This document shows, piece by piece, positions 22,447 to 32,798 of a stretch of DNA of 64,000 bases. A program made the position numbers and the translations under genes. A model generated the notes under the pieces. The model did not search any database and was not told the origin of the DNA. It saw nothing but the letters and a program-made list of their open reading frames with translations. Source of the stretch: Candidatus Marinacidobacterales bacterium (GTDB lineage: Bacteria; Acidobacteriota; Vicinamibacteria; Marinacidobacterales; SMYC01); contig OZ250169.1 of NCBI GenBank assembly GCA_965237955.1, positions 7,488,001-7,552,000 of the forward strand. The letters are read 5' to 3'. How positions within the stretch are numbered: position 1 is the first letter of the stretch; every line of letters begins with the position of its first letter.

Positions 22447-23466
22447 ATGAGCCGAGCCTTCGAATCGAACGTACTCTCTCGTGACGTCACACCCGAGTCG
22501 GTGTTCTTCGACCGGAGGCGCTTTCTCACCGCGCTCGGCCTTTCGGGCATTTCCATTGCTGCCGGCCCGTCCCTTTTGGCAGCGCCGCCCAAAGAGCCCG
22601 AGCTTCTGGGCCTTCCCTACGAGAACGACGACGTCTTCCCTGCAACCCGCAACGATGGCTTCGCGGTCCCCGACGCGATCGAGCGCAAAGACTTGACGCC
22701 ACGGGAAATCGCGGCGTCTCACAACAACTTCTATGAATTTCTTCCCGGTCGCGGCGGGCCCGTGTGGGAGTACACCGGGGATTACAAGGTCGAGCCGTGG
22801 AAAGTCGAAGTCCGTGGCGAGTGCGACAAGCCGGGCACGTTCGATCTCGACGATCTCCTCGACTTCGATCACGAAGAACGCATCTATCACTTCCGCTGCG
22901 TCGAGCGGTGGGCGATGAACGTTCCTTGGACCGGTTTTCCGCTCAAGAAGCTCCTCGCACGCGTCGAGCCGAAGGCCTCGGCGAAATACGTTCGCTTCGT
23001 AAGCGCCGTCAAGAAAAATCAAATGCCCGGCGTCGTCTCAGCCGACTGGTATCCGTGGCCTTACCAAGAAGCACTCCGCATGGACGAAGCGATGAACGAG
23101 CTCGCGCTCGTCGTCACCGGAGTGTACGGCAAGCCTCTCTTGAAACAACACGGAGTACCGGTGCGCATCACCGTTCCGTGGAAATACGGCTACAAGAACC
23201 CCAAGGCGATTGTCAAAATCGAGCTCACGTCGAAACAACCCAAGACCTTCTGGCAGATCCAGCCCCACGAGTACGGTTTCATCTCGAACGTGAACCCGTT
23301 CATCCCGCACCCCCGTTGGAGCCAGGCGGTGTCCCATTGGCTCGACGACCGCGAGCCGTTCCCGACGCCGCTCTACAACGGCTATGGGAGCTACGTTTCC
23401 GATCTGTACCCGGACGAGCCCCGGACGCTGCAAAAAGCGCTGAAACCCGGCCAAAAAGCTAGATAA
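22447..23466 (+). CDS. msrP: Methionine sulfoxide reductase catalytic subunit MsrP (YedY)
   Basis: Tat DRRRFL, NNFYEF, FRCVERW, VPWKYGYK, NVNP..HPRWSQA. Confidence 0.93.
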   Translation: MSRAFESNVLSRDVTPESVFFDRRRFLTALGLSGISIAAGPSLLAAPPKEPELLGLPYENDDVFPATRNDGFAVPDAIERKDLTPREIAASHNNFYEFLPGRGGPVWEYTGDYKVEPWKVEVRGECDKPGTFDLDDLLDFDHEERIYHFRCVERWAMNVPWTGFPLKKLLARVEPKASAKYVRFVSAVKKNQMPGVVSADWYPWPYQEALRMDEAMNELALVVTGVYGKPLLKQHGVPVRITVPWKYGYKNPKAIVKIELTSKQPKTFWQIQPHEYGFISNVNPFIPHPRWSQAVSHWLDDREPFPTPLYNGYGSYVSDLYPDEPRTLQKALKPGQKAR

Positions 23467-23544
23467 AAAAAGTCAAATGTTGTAACGAAACCTCCCCTCC
23501 CGGCAAAAGAGCTTAGTGAACACGGTGCCGCGTTCGTCGGAGGG

Positions 23545-24243
23545 ATGGAGAGGACGATGATGAAGTTACAACGTACCAAGAGCTTAGGTGAGTTCACGCT
23601 CTTCGAGGATCTCGAGCCGCAAGAGCTTTCTGATCTCGACACCATCCCAACCCGTTTCGCGCCGAAAGGGCGTTTGTTGTACTTGCCCGGCGACGACTCC
23701 GAAGCCGTTTTCTTCCTGGCATCGGGCCGCGTCAAAATCTCGCGGCTTTCCGATCACGGCAAGGAGTTCATCCTCGAAATCGTCGAGCCCGGGGCTTGGT
23801 TTGGCGAGACCGGGGTTCTCGACGACAAAACGCGCGAAACCGTCGCCGAGGTTCTAGAGCCTTCCACGATCTTCGCCGTGCCTGCCAAAGCGTTCCGTGC
23901 AACCCTCACGCGCAACCCTGCGCTCCTGATGAAACTCACGCAATCGATGGGTCGACGTCAGCAGCAACTCGAAAAACGCCTGATGGACGTCGTCTACAAG
24001 AACGCTCCGCAGCGGCTCGCAGATTTGTTGCTAGAGCTGAGCCAGAGCTACGGCGTTCGGGACAGCCGTGGAATTCTCTTACGCATCAAGTTGAGCCAAT
24101 CGGCGCTCGGAAACCTTCTCGGGGTGAGCCGAGAGATCGTCAACCACACCTTCTCCGGGCTGAAACGTCGCGGCGTGATCGCCGTCGCCGAAGGCCGCGT
24201 GATCATTCAGGATCCAGAGGCGCTGGCTGAACTAGCAGCCTGA
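23545..24243 (+). CDS. Crp/Fnr-family regulator
   Basis: cNMP domain (SGRVKI, FGE), C-terminal HTH LGVSREIVN. Confidence 0.92.
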   Translation: MERTMMKLQRTKSLGEFTLFEDLEPQELSDLDTIPTRFAPKGRLLYLPGDDSEAVFFLASGRVKISRLSDHGKEFILEIVEPGAWFGETGVLDDKTRETVAEVLEPSTIFAVPAKAFRATLTRNPALLMKLTQSMGRRQQQLEKRLMDVVYKNAPQRLADLLLELSQSYGVRDSRGILLRIKLSQSALGNLLGVSREIVNHTFSGLKRRGVIAVAEGRVIIQDPEALAELAA

Positions 24244-24294
24244 TTTATGTTGACCCCTTGACTCAGGCTAATGTCCGCCTCTCAGGAGGCGGAT

Positions 24295-24434
24295 ATGAAC
24301 GAAGGACAACATGGGCGGCGGCACTCGCTCTCGCCATTATCGCTCCCCTCGCGAGTGGGCAAAACGAGATCGTGGTCGGCGGCGGCACCGACCGACATTG
24401 CGGCGAAGACCCGGGTGGGAAGGCGGCCGGGTGA
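24295..24434 (+). pseudogene. Frameshifted remnant of a secreted-protein gene
   Basis: AGGAGG then ATG; one added base gives MKRRTTWAAALALAIIAPLASGQNEIVV, signal-peptide-like. Confidence 0.4.
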
Positions 24435-24551
24435 GGGTCGTGTCCGAAGACGCATACGACTCTGAAGCTCACGAAGCCGATCTCCCAGCCCTAGCACAAC
24501 TGCGACTTTGCGTTGTTTTTTCCTAGCCTGCGTTAGAGATAGAATCCGCTC

Positions 24552-24911
24552 ATGTTGTGGGTTCGCGTTGGGGCCATCCTCATGTTTGTCGCCGTTGGCC
24601 TGGGTGCCTTCGGTGCTCATGCTTTGCGGCAGCGCCTCTCGCCGGAGATGCTCGCGATTTTTGAGACCGGTGTGCGCTATCACGTCTACCACGCGCTTGG
24701 GCTGTTCGCGGTCGCGTGGGTCGCCGACAAGAACCCGGCAAGTTGGGCGAATGCAGCCGGCTGGGCGTTCACGGTGGGCATCGTCGTTTTTTCCGGTAGC
24801 CTCTACGTCTTGAGCATCACTGGCGTTCGGTGGCTCGGAGCGGTCACCCCCCTTGGCGGCGCGGCCTTTCTCGCCGGCTGGATCCTGCTCTTTCTGGCCG
24901 CCGCCCGATGA
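24552..24911 (+). CDS. DUF423/YgdD membrane protein
   Basis: GAFGAHAL, FETGVRYHVYH, FSGSLY, TPLGG. Confidence 0.92.
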   Translation: MLWVRVGAILMFVAVGLGAFGAHALRQRLSPEMLAIFETGVRYHVYHALGLFAVAWVADKNPASWANAAGWAFTVGIVVFSGSLYVLSITGVRWLGAVTPLGGAAFLAGWILLFLAAAR

Positions 24912-25543
24912 CGGACGTCATCGGCCGCCCGGAGCTCATCTACGTAGGCGATCCGCTGTGCTCGTGGTGTTGGGGATTTGCTCCCTCACTTCGGACACTG
25001 CGCCTGAGACATCCGGATCGCTTCCGTTACCGCATCTTGCTAGGTGGCTTACGTACCGGCTCTTCGGCGTTGCAAGTCGATGAACAGGTTCGCTCCTACC
25101 TCTCCGTCGCGTGGAAGGAAGTCGAGCGGCGATCGGGACAGCCGTTCAATCACGAATTCCTCGAGACTGCCGATTTCGTTTACGACACCGAGCCTGCTTG
25201 CCGGGCCGTGGTGGCGGTGCGCCAGTTGGCGCCCGATCTTGTGTTCGAGTACAACGAAGCGCTTCAAGACGCGTTCTACCACCGGAGTCTCGACCCGACA
25301 AAGCTCGAGACGTTTCTCACCATTGCCCGCGAGCAAGGACTACCGGAAGAGGCGTTCGAAACAGCCTTCCACACCGAGGAGATCCACCGCGAAACGCGAG
25401 AAGATTTCGACAAAGCGCGGTCGTTGGGCGTTCACGGCTTCCCCACACTTCTCGTCCGCGCCAACGGGTCGACACAAACCATCACCAACGGCTGGCTTGC
25501 CCCGGAGGCGCTGACCGACCAACTCGCTCCCTGGCTACAATAG
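24908..25543 (+). CDS. DsbA-family thioredoxin-fold protein
   Basis: DPLCSWCWGF, GVHGFPTL. Confidence 0.88.
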   Translation: MTDVIGRPELIYVGDPLCSWCWGFAPSLRTLRLRHPDRFRYRILLGGLRTGSSALQVDEQVRSYLSVAWKEVERRSGQPFNHEFLETADFVYDTEPACRAVVAVRQLAPDLVFEYNEALQDAFYHRSLDPTKLETFLTIAREQGLPEEAFETAFHTEEIHRETREDFDKARSLGVHGFPTLLVRANGSTQTITNGWLAPEALTDQLAPWLQ

Positions 25544-25582
25544 CTTGCCGTTTTTCGTCTGGTGTCTTCTCAGCACGATGAC

Positions 25583-28099
25583 ATGAGAACACTTCAGGAT
25601 CTCCTTCCGGAGATCGAGCGGCTCGGTGAGCGCGAAGCCATCGTTCACGCCAGTGCCTTCCGGACGACGCGGTGGACGTACCGCGACCTCTTCGAGCACG
25701 TCCAAGGAATGATGGCGCATTTCGACGAGCGAGGGCTCGAGCCCGGGGATCGGATTCTTCTGTGGGGCGAGAACCGACCCGAATGGCTTGCAACTTTTTG
25801 GGCTGCCGTCGCCCGCGGTGTCACCGTCGTTCCCATGGACTTCCGATCCTCGGCAACGCTGGTGTCGCGGGTACAAAACGAAGTCGATGCGAAACTTCTC
25901 ATCCACGGGTCGACGGTGGACGCGTCGAAGCGTCTCACCCTACCGCGGCTTGCTCTCGAAAAGGTCACCGGCCTCGTGTCGAACGAAACGCTCGCGGCAA
26001 CCCACGTCGAGCCATCCAATATCGTCCAGATCATCTACACGTCGGGTACCACGGGAGAGCCCAAAGGCGTCGTCCACCGGCACCGGAACCTCGTCGCCAA
26101 CCTCGCGCCGATTCGAAACGAGGCTCAGAAATTCGCGCTCTACATGCGCCCGTTTCAACCCATTCGTATCCTCGATCTTCTACCGTCGAGCCACGTGTTC
26201 GGCCAATTCACGGGCCTTTTCGTTCCTGTCGTGATTGGTGGCGCGGTCGCGTTCATGGATGAAGTGCACCCTTCGACCATCATCGACACCGTGCGCCGGG
26301 AGCGGATCTCGATCCTGTCCACCGTTCCCCGATTTCTCACGAGCCTCCGCGCCGAGCTCGAGCGGCGCTTCGACCTCGATGAGACCCTGCCGTCAAGCGG
26401 AGGCGGCGTCATGGGCGGGCTTCACCGTTGGTGGCGTCACCGCGCGATTCACTCGGAGTTTGGTTGGAAGTTCTGGGCCATCTTGTCGGGAGGCGCGCGT
26501 CTTCCGGTCCAAGACGAAGACTTCTGGCTTCGGCTCGGTTTTGTCGTCATTCAAGGCTACGGCATGACCGAGACGAGCTCGCTGGTCACGACGAACCACC
26601 CGTTCCACCCGAAGAAAGGCTCGCTCGGGAAGGCGGTCGGAAACCAGCAGATCAAGCTCGGCGACGACGGCGAAATCCTCGTACGTGGCGACAACGTCTC
26701 GCTCGAGTATTTCGGGCAGACACCGGCCGCTCGCGACACGTGGCTCCACACCGGCGACATCGGCGAGATCCGCGACGATGGTGTCCTCTACTACAAAGGC
26801 CGCAAGAAAGATGTCATCGTCCTCGCGGATGGTCTCAACGTCCACCCCGCCGACGTCGAAGCGGCACTCAACCACCAGCCCGAAGTGAAAGAAGCGGTCG
26901 TCGTCGGGCGAGCAAGCGAACGCGGCGACGTCGTCCATGCGGTGCTATTGATGAGACTGATGAGATCGACGACAACGGGCGATGCCGAGAGCGCCGTTAA
27001 GAACGCAAACACCGAGCTCGAGGCCCATCAACGAGTACAGGAATGGTCCGTGTGGCTTAACGACGACTTCCCGCGTACGGAATCCACGTTCAAGATCCGA
27101 CGTCACCAGATTCTCGCCCATCTAGCCGGACTGGCCGGACCGGCCGAACCGAAGAGCGGAAGCGGAACGCGCGCCATCCTCGCGAAAAAGCTCGGTCGAG
27201 ACGAAAACGAGCTCGCCGACTCCCAGAGCCTTTCCGAAGAGCTCGGGTTGACGTCTCTCGACCGTGTGGAGCTTCTCACCCATCTGGAGAGGGAGCTCGG
27301 GCGCGAGCTCTCGGAATCCGATATGGCGGCCGTCGAAACCGTGGGGGAGCTGGAGGCGTGGGCCGCGAGCGCATCGTCAACGCCGTCCACTGAGCGCTCG
27401 CCGCTCGACGGGCTTCCGCGCTATGCGCGGATAGCTCCCGTCCGGTTCGTGCGCACGATGTTCACGGAAGGCGTCATCCGCCCGCTGTTCCACTACTATC
27501 TGCCGTTGACCGTCGAGGGCAACTTGGAAGGCGTTCGAGGGCCGGTCATCTTCGCCGCCAATCACCAAAGCAATCTCGACACCCTCGCCGTGCTCACCGC
27601 GCTGCCGTACGCATGGCGGCGCGCGATAGCGCCCGTTGTCCACCAGGAGTACTTCGACGCCTACCTCGAGAGAAACGGAAATCTTCGCGAAAGAATCTCC
27701 GCGGCACTGCAGTACTGGCTCGCGCTCGTGCTCGTCAACGCTTTCCCTCTTCCGCGATCGGGAACGGGGACCAGAGCACCGATGCGTTTCGCGGGCTCGC
27801 TTGCCGATCGAGGCTATTCGATTCTCATTTTTCCCGAAGGCCGGCTCACGCGCGATGGAGCCATGGAACCGTTCAAGCCTGGAGTGGGTCTCTTGGCAAG
27901 GCGACTCGAGCTCCCGGTGGTCCCGATCCATCTGGACGGGCTCTTCGCCATACTTTCCTATCGTGATCGGTGGCCCAAGACCGGGCCGGTGCGGGTGCGC
28001 ATCGGCAAACCGATTCACTTCGACGAGAGCGAGAGCTTCGAGAACGCGGCGATGCGCGTCGAGGCCGCGGTCAGGGATCTCGGTCGACAATCCGATTAG
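25583..28099 (+). CDS. Aas-like fusion: acyl-AMP ligase + carrier protein + PlsC acyltransferase
   Basis: YTSGTTGEPKG, GYGMTE, TGD; LGLTSL carrier serine; NHQSNLD and FPEG. Confidence 0.9.
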   Translation: MRTLQDLLPEIERLGEREAIVHASAFRTTRWTYRDLFEHVQGMMAHFDERGLEPGDRILLWGENRPEWLATFWAAVARGVTVVPMDFRSSATLVSRVQNEVDAKLLIHGSTVDASKRLTLPRLALEKVTGLVSNETLAATHVEPSNIVQIIYTSGTTGEPKGVVHRHRNLVANLAPIRNEAQKFALYMRPFQPIRILDLLPSSHVFGQFTGLFVPVVIGGAVAFMDEVHPSTIIDTVRRERISILSTVPRFLTSLRAELERRFDLDETLPSSGGGVMGGLHRWWRHRAIHSEFGWKFWAILSGGARLPVQDEDFWLRLGFVVIQGYGMTETSSLVTTNHPFHPKKGSLGKAVGNQQIKLGDDGEILVRGDNVSLEYFGQTPAARDTWLHTGDIGEIRDDGVLYYKGRKKDVIVLADGLNVHPADVEAALNHQPEVKEAVVVGRASERGDVVHAVLLMRLMRSTTTGDAESAVKNANTELEAHQRVQEWSVWLNDDFPRTESTFKIRRHQILAHLAGLAGPAEPKSGSGTRAILAKKLGRDENELADSQSLSEELGLTSLDRVELLTHLERELGRELSESDMAAVETVGELEAWAASASSTPSTERSPLDGLPRYARIAPVRFVRTMFTEGVIRPLFHYYLPLTVEGNLEGVRGPVIFAANHQSNLDTLAVLTALPYAWRRAIAPVVHQEYFDAYLERNGNLRERISAALQYWLALVLVNAFPLPRSGTGTRAPMRFAGSLADRGYSILIFPEGRLTRDGAMEPFKPGVGLLARRLELPVVPIHLDGLFAILSYRDRWPKTGPVRVRIGKPIHFDESESFENAAMRVEAAVRDLGRQSD

Positions 28100-28493
28100 G
28101 CGCGAGAGACTCCCAGTGACTGTGCGTCACCAGCCAACGACCGGAATCCCGATGTAGCACCCACGTCGTGCGCCCAGAATCGCGATAAGTCTGGCCTCTG
28201 AGTTCGTACTTCGCCGTGTGCCGCTCGATCACGACGGCGACGTCCCTCAACAACTTGAAGTCTTCGATGTCGGCGTCGAGAGATTGAATCTGTGCAACCT
28301 GTCCTAGACTACGGATGTACTCGATGCACTGGTCTTTTCCGCGGAAAAGCTGCGGGTTGTCGAGCCCGAGCACGGTGGCGTCCTCGGCGAGGTGCTCCCG
28401 GTAGAGTGTGACGCGCCCCTGCACCACGTCCTGGCGGAGCCCGCGCAGAAGCTGCTCGATGTCACGGCGGTCTCTCTCGGATCCGTCGCTCAT
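28071..28493 (-). CDS. NTF2/SnoaL-like (DUF4440) protein
   Basis: 140 aa; ending GRTTWVLHRDSGRWLVTHSHWE typical of the fold. Confidence 0.72.
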   Translation of the reverse strand: MSDGSERDRRDIEQLLRGLRQDVVQGRVTLYREHLAEDATVLGLDNPQLFRGKDQCIEYIRSLGQVAQIQSLDADIEDFKLLRDVAVVIERHTAKYELRGQTYRDSGRTTWVLHRDSGRWLVTHSHWESLAPNRIVDRDP

Positions 28494-28555
28494 GGTGCCG
28501 CCCCCGATCCTATGGTTGTGCTATAGCACTGTTTCACAGCAACAACAACTTCGCT

Positions 28556-29581
28556 CTAGGCGGGCACCTCGGCGCCGGGAAGGCGGCCGGCCATCAAGTT
28601 CGAGATGGGTCGCGTCGTCTCGAAACGCCCCAATACGATGGCCATGACCGCCGTGATCGGCGCTGCGAGCAGCATCCCGACCGGGCCCCAGATCAACCCC
28701 CAGAAAACCAGCGCGAGGAGGATGGATACGGGATGGAGCGCGAGACCTTCACCCATGAGCTTGGGCTCAACGACGTTGCCGACAATGAGCTGCACCGATC
28801 CGGGAAGCGCCGCGATGAGACCAATGTGAACCCAGCTGTCGAACTGGACGATGGCGAGTGGCAAGGGGAGAAGCACCGCGATGATCGAGCCGACGTTGGG
28901 GATGAAGTTCAAGAAGAAGGCGAGGACGCCGAAGACGAAGGCCAAATCGAGCCCGAGGATTCCGAGAAGCGACCCGACGAGGATCCCCGTGATCGCGGAC
29001 GTCGTCACCTTGGTGACGATGTAGCGCCGGATCTTGGTGTCGATCTCACGATAGATCCCGACACGCTTCGCGTTCGGAGTCCGGCCCGCCAGCAAGAAGA
29101 TGGTAAACACGAGAACGAGGAACCCGCTCGTCAAGAAGCCGAGGACACCGCCGGCGGTGCTGCGCACCACGCTGAACACGGGGAGCTGTCCCAGGCCGTC
29201 GAGGATCGCATCCTGTCCGAGATCGACGTTGAAACGGTCCAGCACCGAGAAAACGCTTTGCGCCATGCGTGCCAATCGCTCGCGGTAGATGGGCGCGCTG
29301 TCCGCGAGCCCGCGGGCCGACACCGAAATCAGCATCACCAGCAAGGTCATGATGCCGACCACGATCAGGAGCGCAACCAGGATCGAGACCCCTCGCGGCA
29401 TGCGTAGCCGCGTCTGCATGGTGTCGACGATCGGGGAGACGAGATAGGAGAACAACAGCGCGAGCACGAAGGGCACCATCACCGCGCGCGTGTAAATCAG
29501 CGCTACCGCAAGTGCCACGCCCGCGAGTACTAATAAAGATACCGTGCTGAGCCAGGCTCGCTCGTCGGATCGCTCGGTCAT
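28556..29581 (-). CDS. AI-2E family transporter
   Basis: LNFIPNVG, EPKLMG, FWGLIWGPVGMLLAAP. Confidence 0.92.
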   Translation of the reverse strand: MTERSDERAWLSTVSLLVLAGVALAVALIYTRAVMVPFVLALLFSYLVSPIVDTMQTRLRMPRGVSILVALLIVVGIMTLLVMLISVSARGLADSAPIYRERLARMAQSVFSVLDRFNVDLGQDAILDGLGQLPVFSVVRSTAGGVLGFLTSGFLVLVFTIFLLAGRTPNAKRVGIYREIDTKIRRYIVTKVTTSAITGILVGSLLGILGLDLAFVFGVLAFFLNFIPNVGSIIAVLLPLPLAIVQFDSWVHIGLIAALPGSVQLIVGNVVEPKLMGEGLALHPVSILLALVFWGLIWGPVGMLLAAPITAVMAIVLGRFETTRPISNLMAGRLPGAEVPA

Positions 29582-29637
29582 GGGATAAACGACGATAGGA
29601 CACTGCGGGAGCGGTTGTCAACGCTACACGCGGACCC

Positions 29638-29776
29638 GCCATCAGCCGTCGGCCATCAGCAGGGCGGAGCGAAACGGACCGGTCGCGCCAAAAAACGCGC
29701 GTCCCGAACGACGGGCACCTGGTTCGAGGTACGGCGCGCATCGGCGGACGGCTGATGGCTGATGGCCGATGGCCGA
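29638..29776. repeat. Inverted arrays of GCCATCR heptamers (REP-like)
   Basis: gccatcagccgtcggccatcagc ... gctgatggctgatggccgatggccg; related tracts near 46096 and 51019. Confidence 0.7.
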
Positions 29777-29831
29777 ATCTATCATCTGCTGATCTCCCGG
29801 CTCCATCATCCAGACGCCGACATATACCGTT

Positions 29832-31626
29832 CTACAACCACTGAAACGTGATTCCCTTCCAGATGCCCCTGCCTACTTTCTTGAAACCGCGCCAGATTTT
29901 TTGAAACTGAATGTCCTTCACGTCTTCGTTGGACATCATGCTCGTATAGCTGTGCGAGTTCCACGCGGGAAAATACAAGGTGCGGAGAAGCCGCGTGTGG
30001 AGCTCACGCGTTACCTGACCGTTGAGGCGACTCATCACGTACTCGTCTTGCTCAAATTCGGGATCGAGCTCGGCGAGGATGCCGGCGACGGTCAGCTGGG
30101 ATTTGATGAACATCGTGGTGTTGAATCGCACCGAGTAGCCTTCCCGGGCAAGAGCCGCGATGAGCTCGTCGAGAAGCTTGAACATGCCCTGCACGTCTTG
30201 TTCCGCCAACAGCTCTTCGATACGGCGACGCATCGCCTCTCGCTCCTCCGAAGTCTCCGGCTCCCAATGCACGAGCATGTCGACGTTGTTGGCTAGTCGC
30301 TTGGCGTGCTTCAGAGTCAATCCGAGCATCAGCTGAACCATCTTCTCACGCTCACGCCGGCTGAACTCCGAGGCGAGGCCCCAGTCGAGAAGCGCAATGC
30401 GATAAGGATCATCCAAGTCGTCCTCGACGCGGAAGACGTTCCCGGCATGCGGATCGCCGTGGAAGAGTGCGGTCTCTTCGCGCGAGAACAACACGTCGTA
30501 CGTCATGACGTCACTCAGTCTGCGCGCGATCCTCGGGGCGTCCGACAAACGCATCGGTGATCTTGACGCCGTGCACGAGCTCCATACAGGTGATGTTTTC
30601 GGTCGAGAACGGATAGAGCTCGGGCACCAGCACTTTCGGCTCGTGCAGGTAGTACTCGCGCGCGCGCCGTAAATTGTCCCGTTCGTCCTCGACGCGAACT
30701 TCACGCGCGAGCGCCTGACGAATCTCTCGGAAGATATCGACGAGGGGTGTCGCGCCGAGATCGTAGAAATCGGACTCCTCCTCGAGGTACGCGAGGAGCG
30801 CGTCGATGATCTCAAGGTCCTCTTTCATCGCCGCCACCGCGTAGGGCTTCAACACTTTGCACGCAGCGTCTTCCCGTTCGGTGGCACCAGGACGAGTAAA
30901 CGACACTTCGAGGACGGCGCCCACGCTTGCCTCGGCCAAGAGATGGTCTGCAAACTCGAGTTGGTACTCGCTTTGGAGCGCACCGCTCATTTCGACTTCG
31001 AGCCGCTCTCGGATCTCCTCGTACTGTGCCGTTTTCAAACCGTTCTCTACCGTCTGAAGCGCGACCCGAAGATCGGGATCGATCTGCTGATTTCTCGCAA
31101 GGATCTGCGCGAGTTTTTGCAGGCTTGGGGTGTTGGTGATGAAAGCGAGCACCCGCTCACCGCGCTCTGCGTCCATGGTGAGGTTGGCTTGCGCGACGAT
31201 GCGCTCGACGAGTCTTTGCTCGCTCATTCGATCGATAAGAAACAGCAACGAGTCGTGAATGAGTGGCACGAATTGACGCGCGGCCTCGGGCGCGATGTCG
31301 AGGACCCGCGAGCGATGGAGCAACAGCCGGAGAAGCTCGGGGCGCCACTCGTCCCAACCAGCTGACTCCAAAAGCGCGAGTGCTTCCTCGGCGCTGAGAT
31401 CGACGGCGCCGCCGGCCTTGGCCCGCTGGAAAAGCTCGAGTGCCCGCTCGCTGCTCTCCGCCGGGATTTTCACGGCGAGCTGGAGGAGGAGCTTTTGCCC
31501 CGCCTGTTCCTCCTGTTCCGCGTCGTAGTCCTGGTAGTGCGACAGGGGCGTGGGCAGCTCGATCTGCGCCGTAGCAGGCGCCACCACTGCGACGACGCAA
31601 AACACAGACAGCAGAGGTCTCGACAC
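29832..31626 (-). pseudogene. AarF/UbiB (ABC1) kinase, frameshifted near 30520
   Basis: N-half KLAQIL, EASVG, CKVLKP, CMELVHG; C-half FHGDPHAGN, LLDWG in another frame. Confidence 0.8.
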
Positions 31627-31734
31627 CGATCGGATCCTAGGGCCGGATCGGAGGCGTTGTCAAAAGACGGGTCCAGGGCGTATACTGAAAACTGGCTCCC
31701 TTACAACCAGCAATCACCAGAACCCATCACCCAA

Positions 31735-31777
31735 ACTCGTCACTCGTCACTCGTCACTCATCACTCATCACTCATCA
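31735..31777. repeat. Heptamer tandem repeat (CACTCRT) x6
   Basis: actcgtcactcgtcactcgtcactcatcactcatcactcatca. Confidence 0.9.
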
Positions 31778-31807
31778 ATGAGTCGCTCTGACTCGGGAGG
31801 AGACACT

Positions 31808-32797
31808 ATGACTACCCGCGGGCTCGCCCTCGCCGTCGCCGCATTCGTCGGCTTTTGCCAACTGGCGCTCGCTACCGAGATTGTCGTCCTCATTAACGGC
31901 AACCGTATGGACGTCAAGAGTTACGAGATTCAGACTCAAGTCGTCGTGGTAACGACGTGGGACGGTAAAGTCCAGTCGTTTCCGCTTGCTTGGGTCGACC
32001 TCGAAGCGACGAAGAGCGTCAGCCATCAATACGATCCGGCAGAGGGAATCCCACCGGAGCGACTCCAAAAGGCGCGGATGCTCCTCGACGCCTACGGAGT
32101 GCGTGAGGGCGTCTCGTGTTTTTTCGAGCAGCTCGAAGTTGAGCTTCGCTCGATACAAGCGATCGTCAGCCGGCCGACTTACGACGTCGTCCGCGGATCG
32201 TATCGGGCAGCGTACGACGGCGAGCACATTTTCGACGTGGTCGTCGCCGATTTCGCTCGGAACGCCGATGACGCGCTCCTGGACCGGTGGTCCCGTTGGA
32301 TGAGCCTGCCGGAAACAGAGCGCATCATGGCGATGGAGAACGCTGAAACGCGTGACGACGACGCAATCGACAAGTCGCGCTATCTCGCTGAGCTTTACGC
32401 GAACCCGGACAACAATAATCGCCGAGCGTTGGTCAGCCGGTTGGATAAAGCGCTGCGCGCATCAGAAACCGGGCTCGAGATCGTCGTGGCTCTGTCCGAT
32501 TCTCTGCAAGACAGCACGCGTCTCGTCGTCCCGAATCCACCGCCGGAGCAAGATCTCGAGAAAATTCGAAAGAAGCTGTGGCCGAGCGTCTACAAAGCCA
32601 CCGTTGATAGCCTGCTCTTTAGCTATCGCACGGCGAGCGACGAAGAGATGGAAACCTACACCGCGTTCTGGGAGAGCGAGGATGGTCGCCGCATCGCCGA
32701 GCTGAGCACCGGAGCGCTCGTTGCCGGAGCACAGTACGGCGGCGAGATGGCCGTGCGCAACGTCGCCTCAGGAACAGGGGCCAGCGTCGAAAAATAG
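31808..32797 (+). CDS. Secreted hypothetical protein, DUF2059-like C-terminus
   Basis: GGAGGAG RBS, signal peptide; SDEEMETYTAFWESEDGRR. Confidence 0.65.
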   Translation: MTTRGLALAVAAFVGFCQLALATEIVVLINGNRMDVKSYEIQTQVVVVTTWDGKVQSFPLAWVDLEATKSVSHQYDPAEGIPPERLQKARMLLDAYGVREGVSCFFEQLEVELRSIQAIVSRPTYDVVRGSYRAAYDGEHIFDVVVADFARNADDALLDRWSRWMSLPETERIMAMENAETRDDDAIDKSRYLAELYANPDNNNRRALVSRLDKALRASETGLEIVVALSDSLQDSTRLVVPNPPPEQDLEKIRKKLWPSVYKATVDSLLFSYRTASDEEMETYTAFWESEDGRRIAELSTGALVAGAQYGGEMAVRNVASGTGASVEK

Positions 32798-32798
32798 C

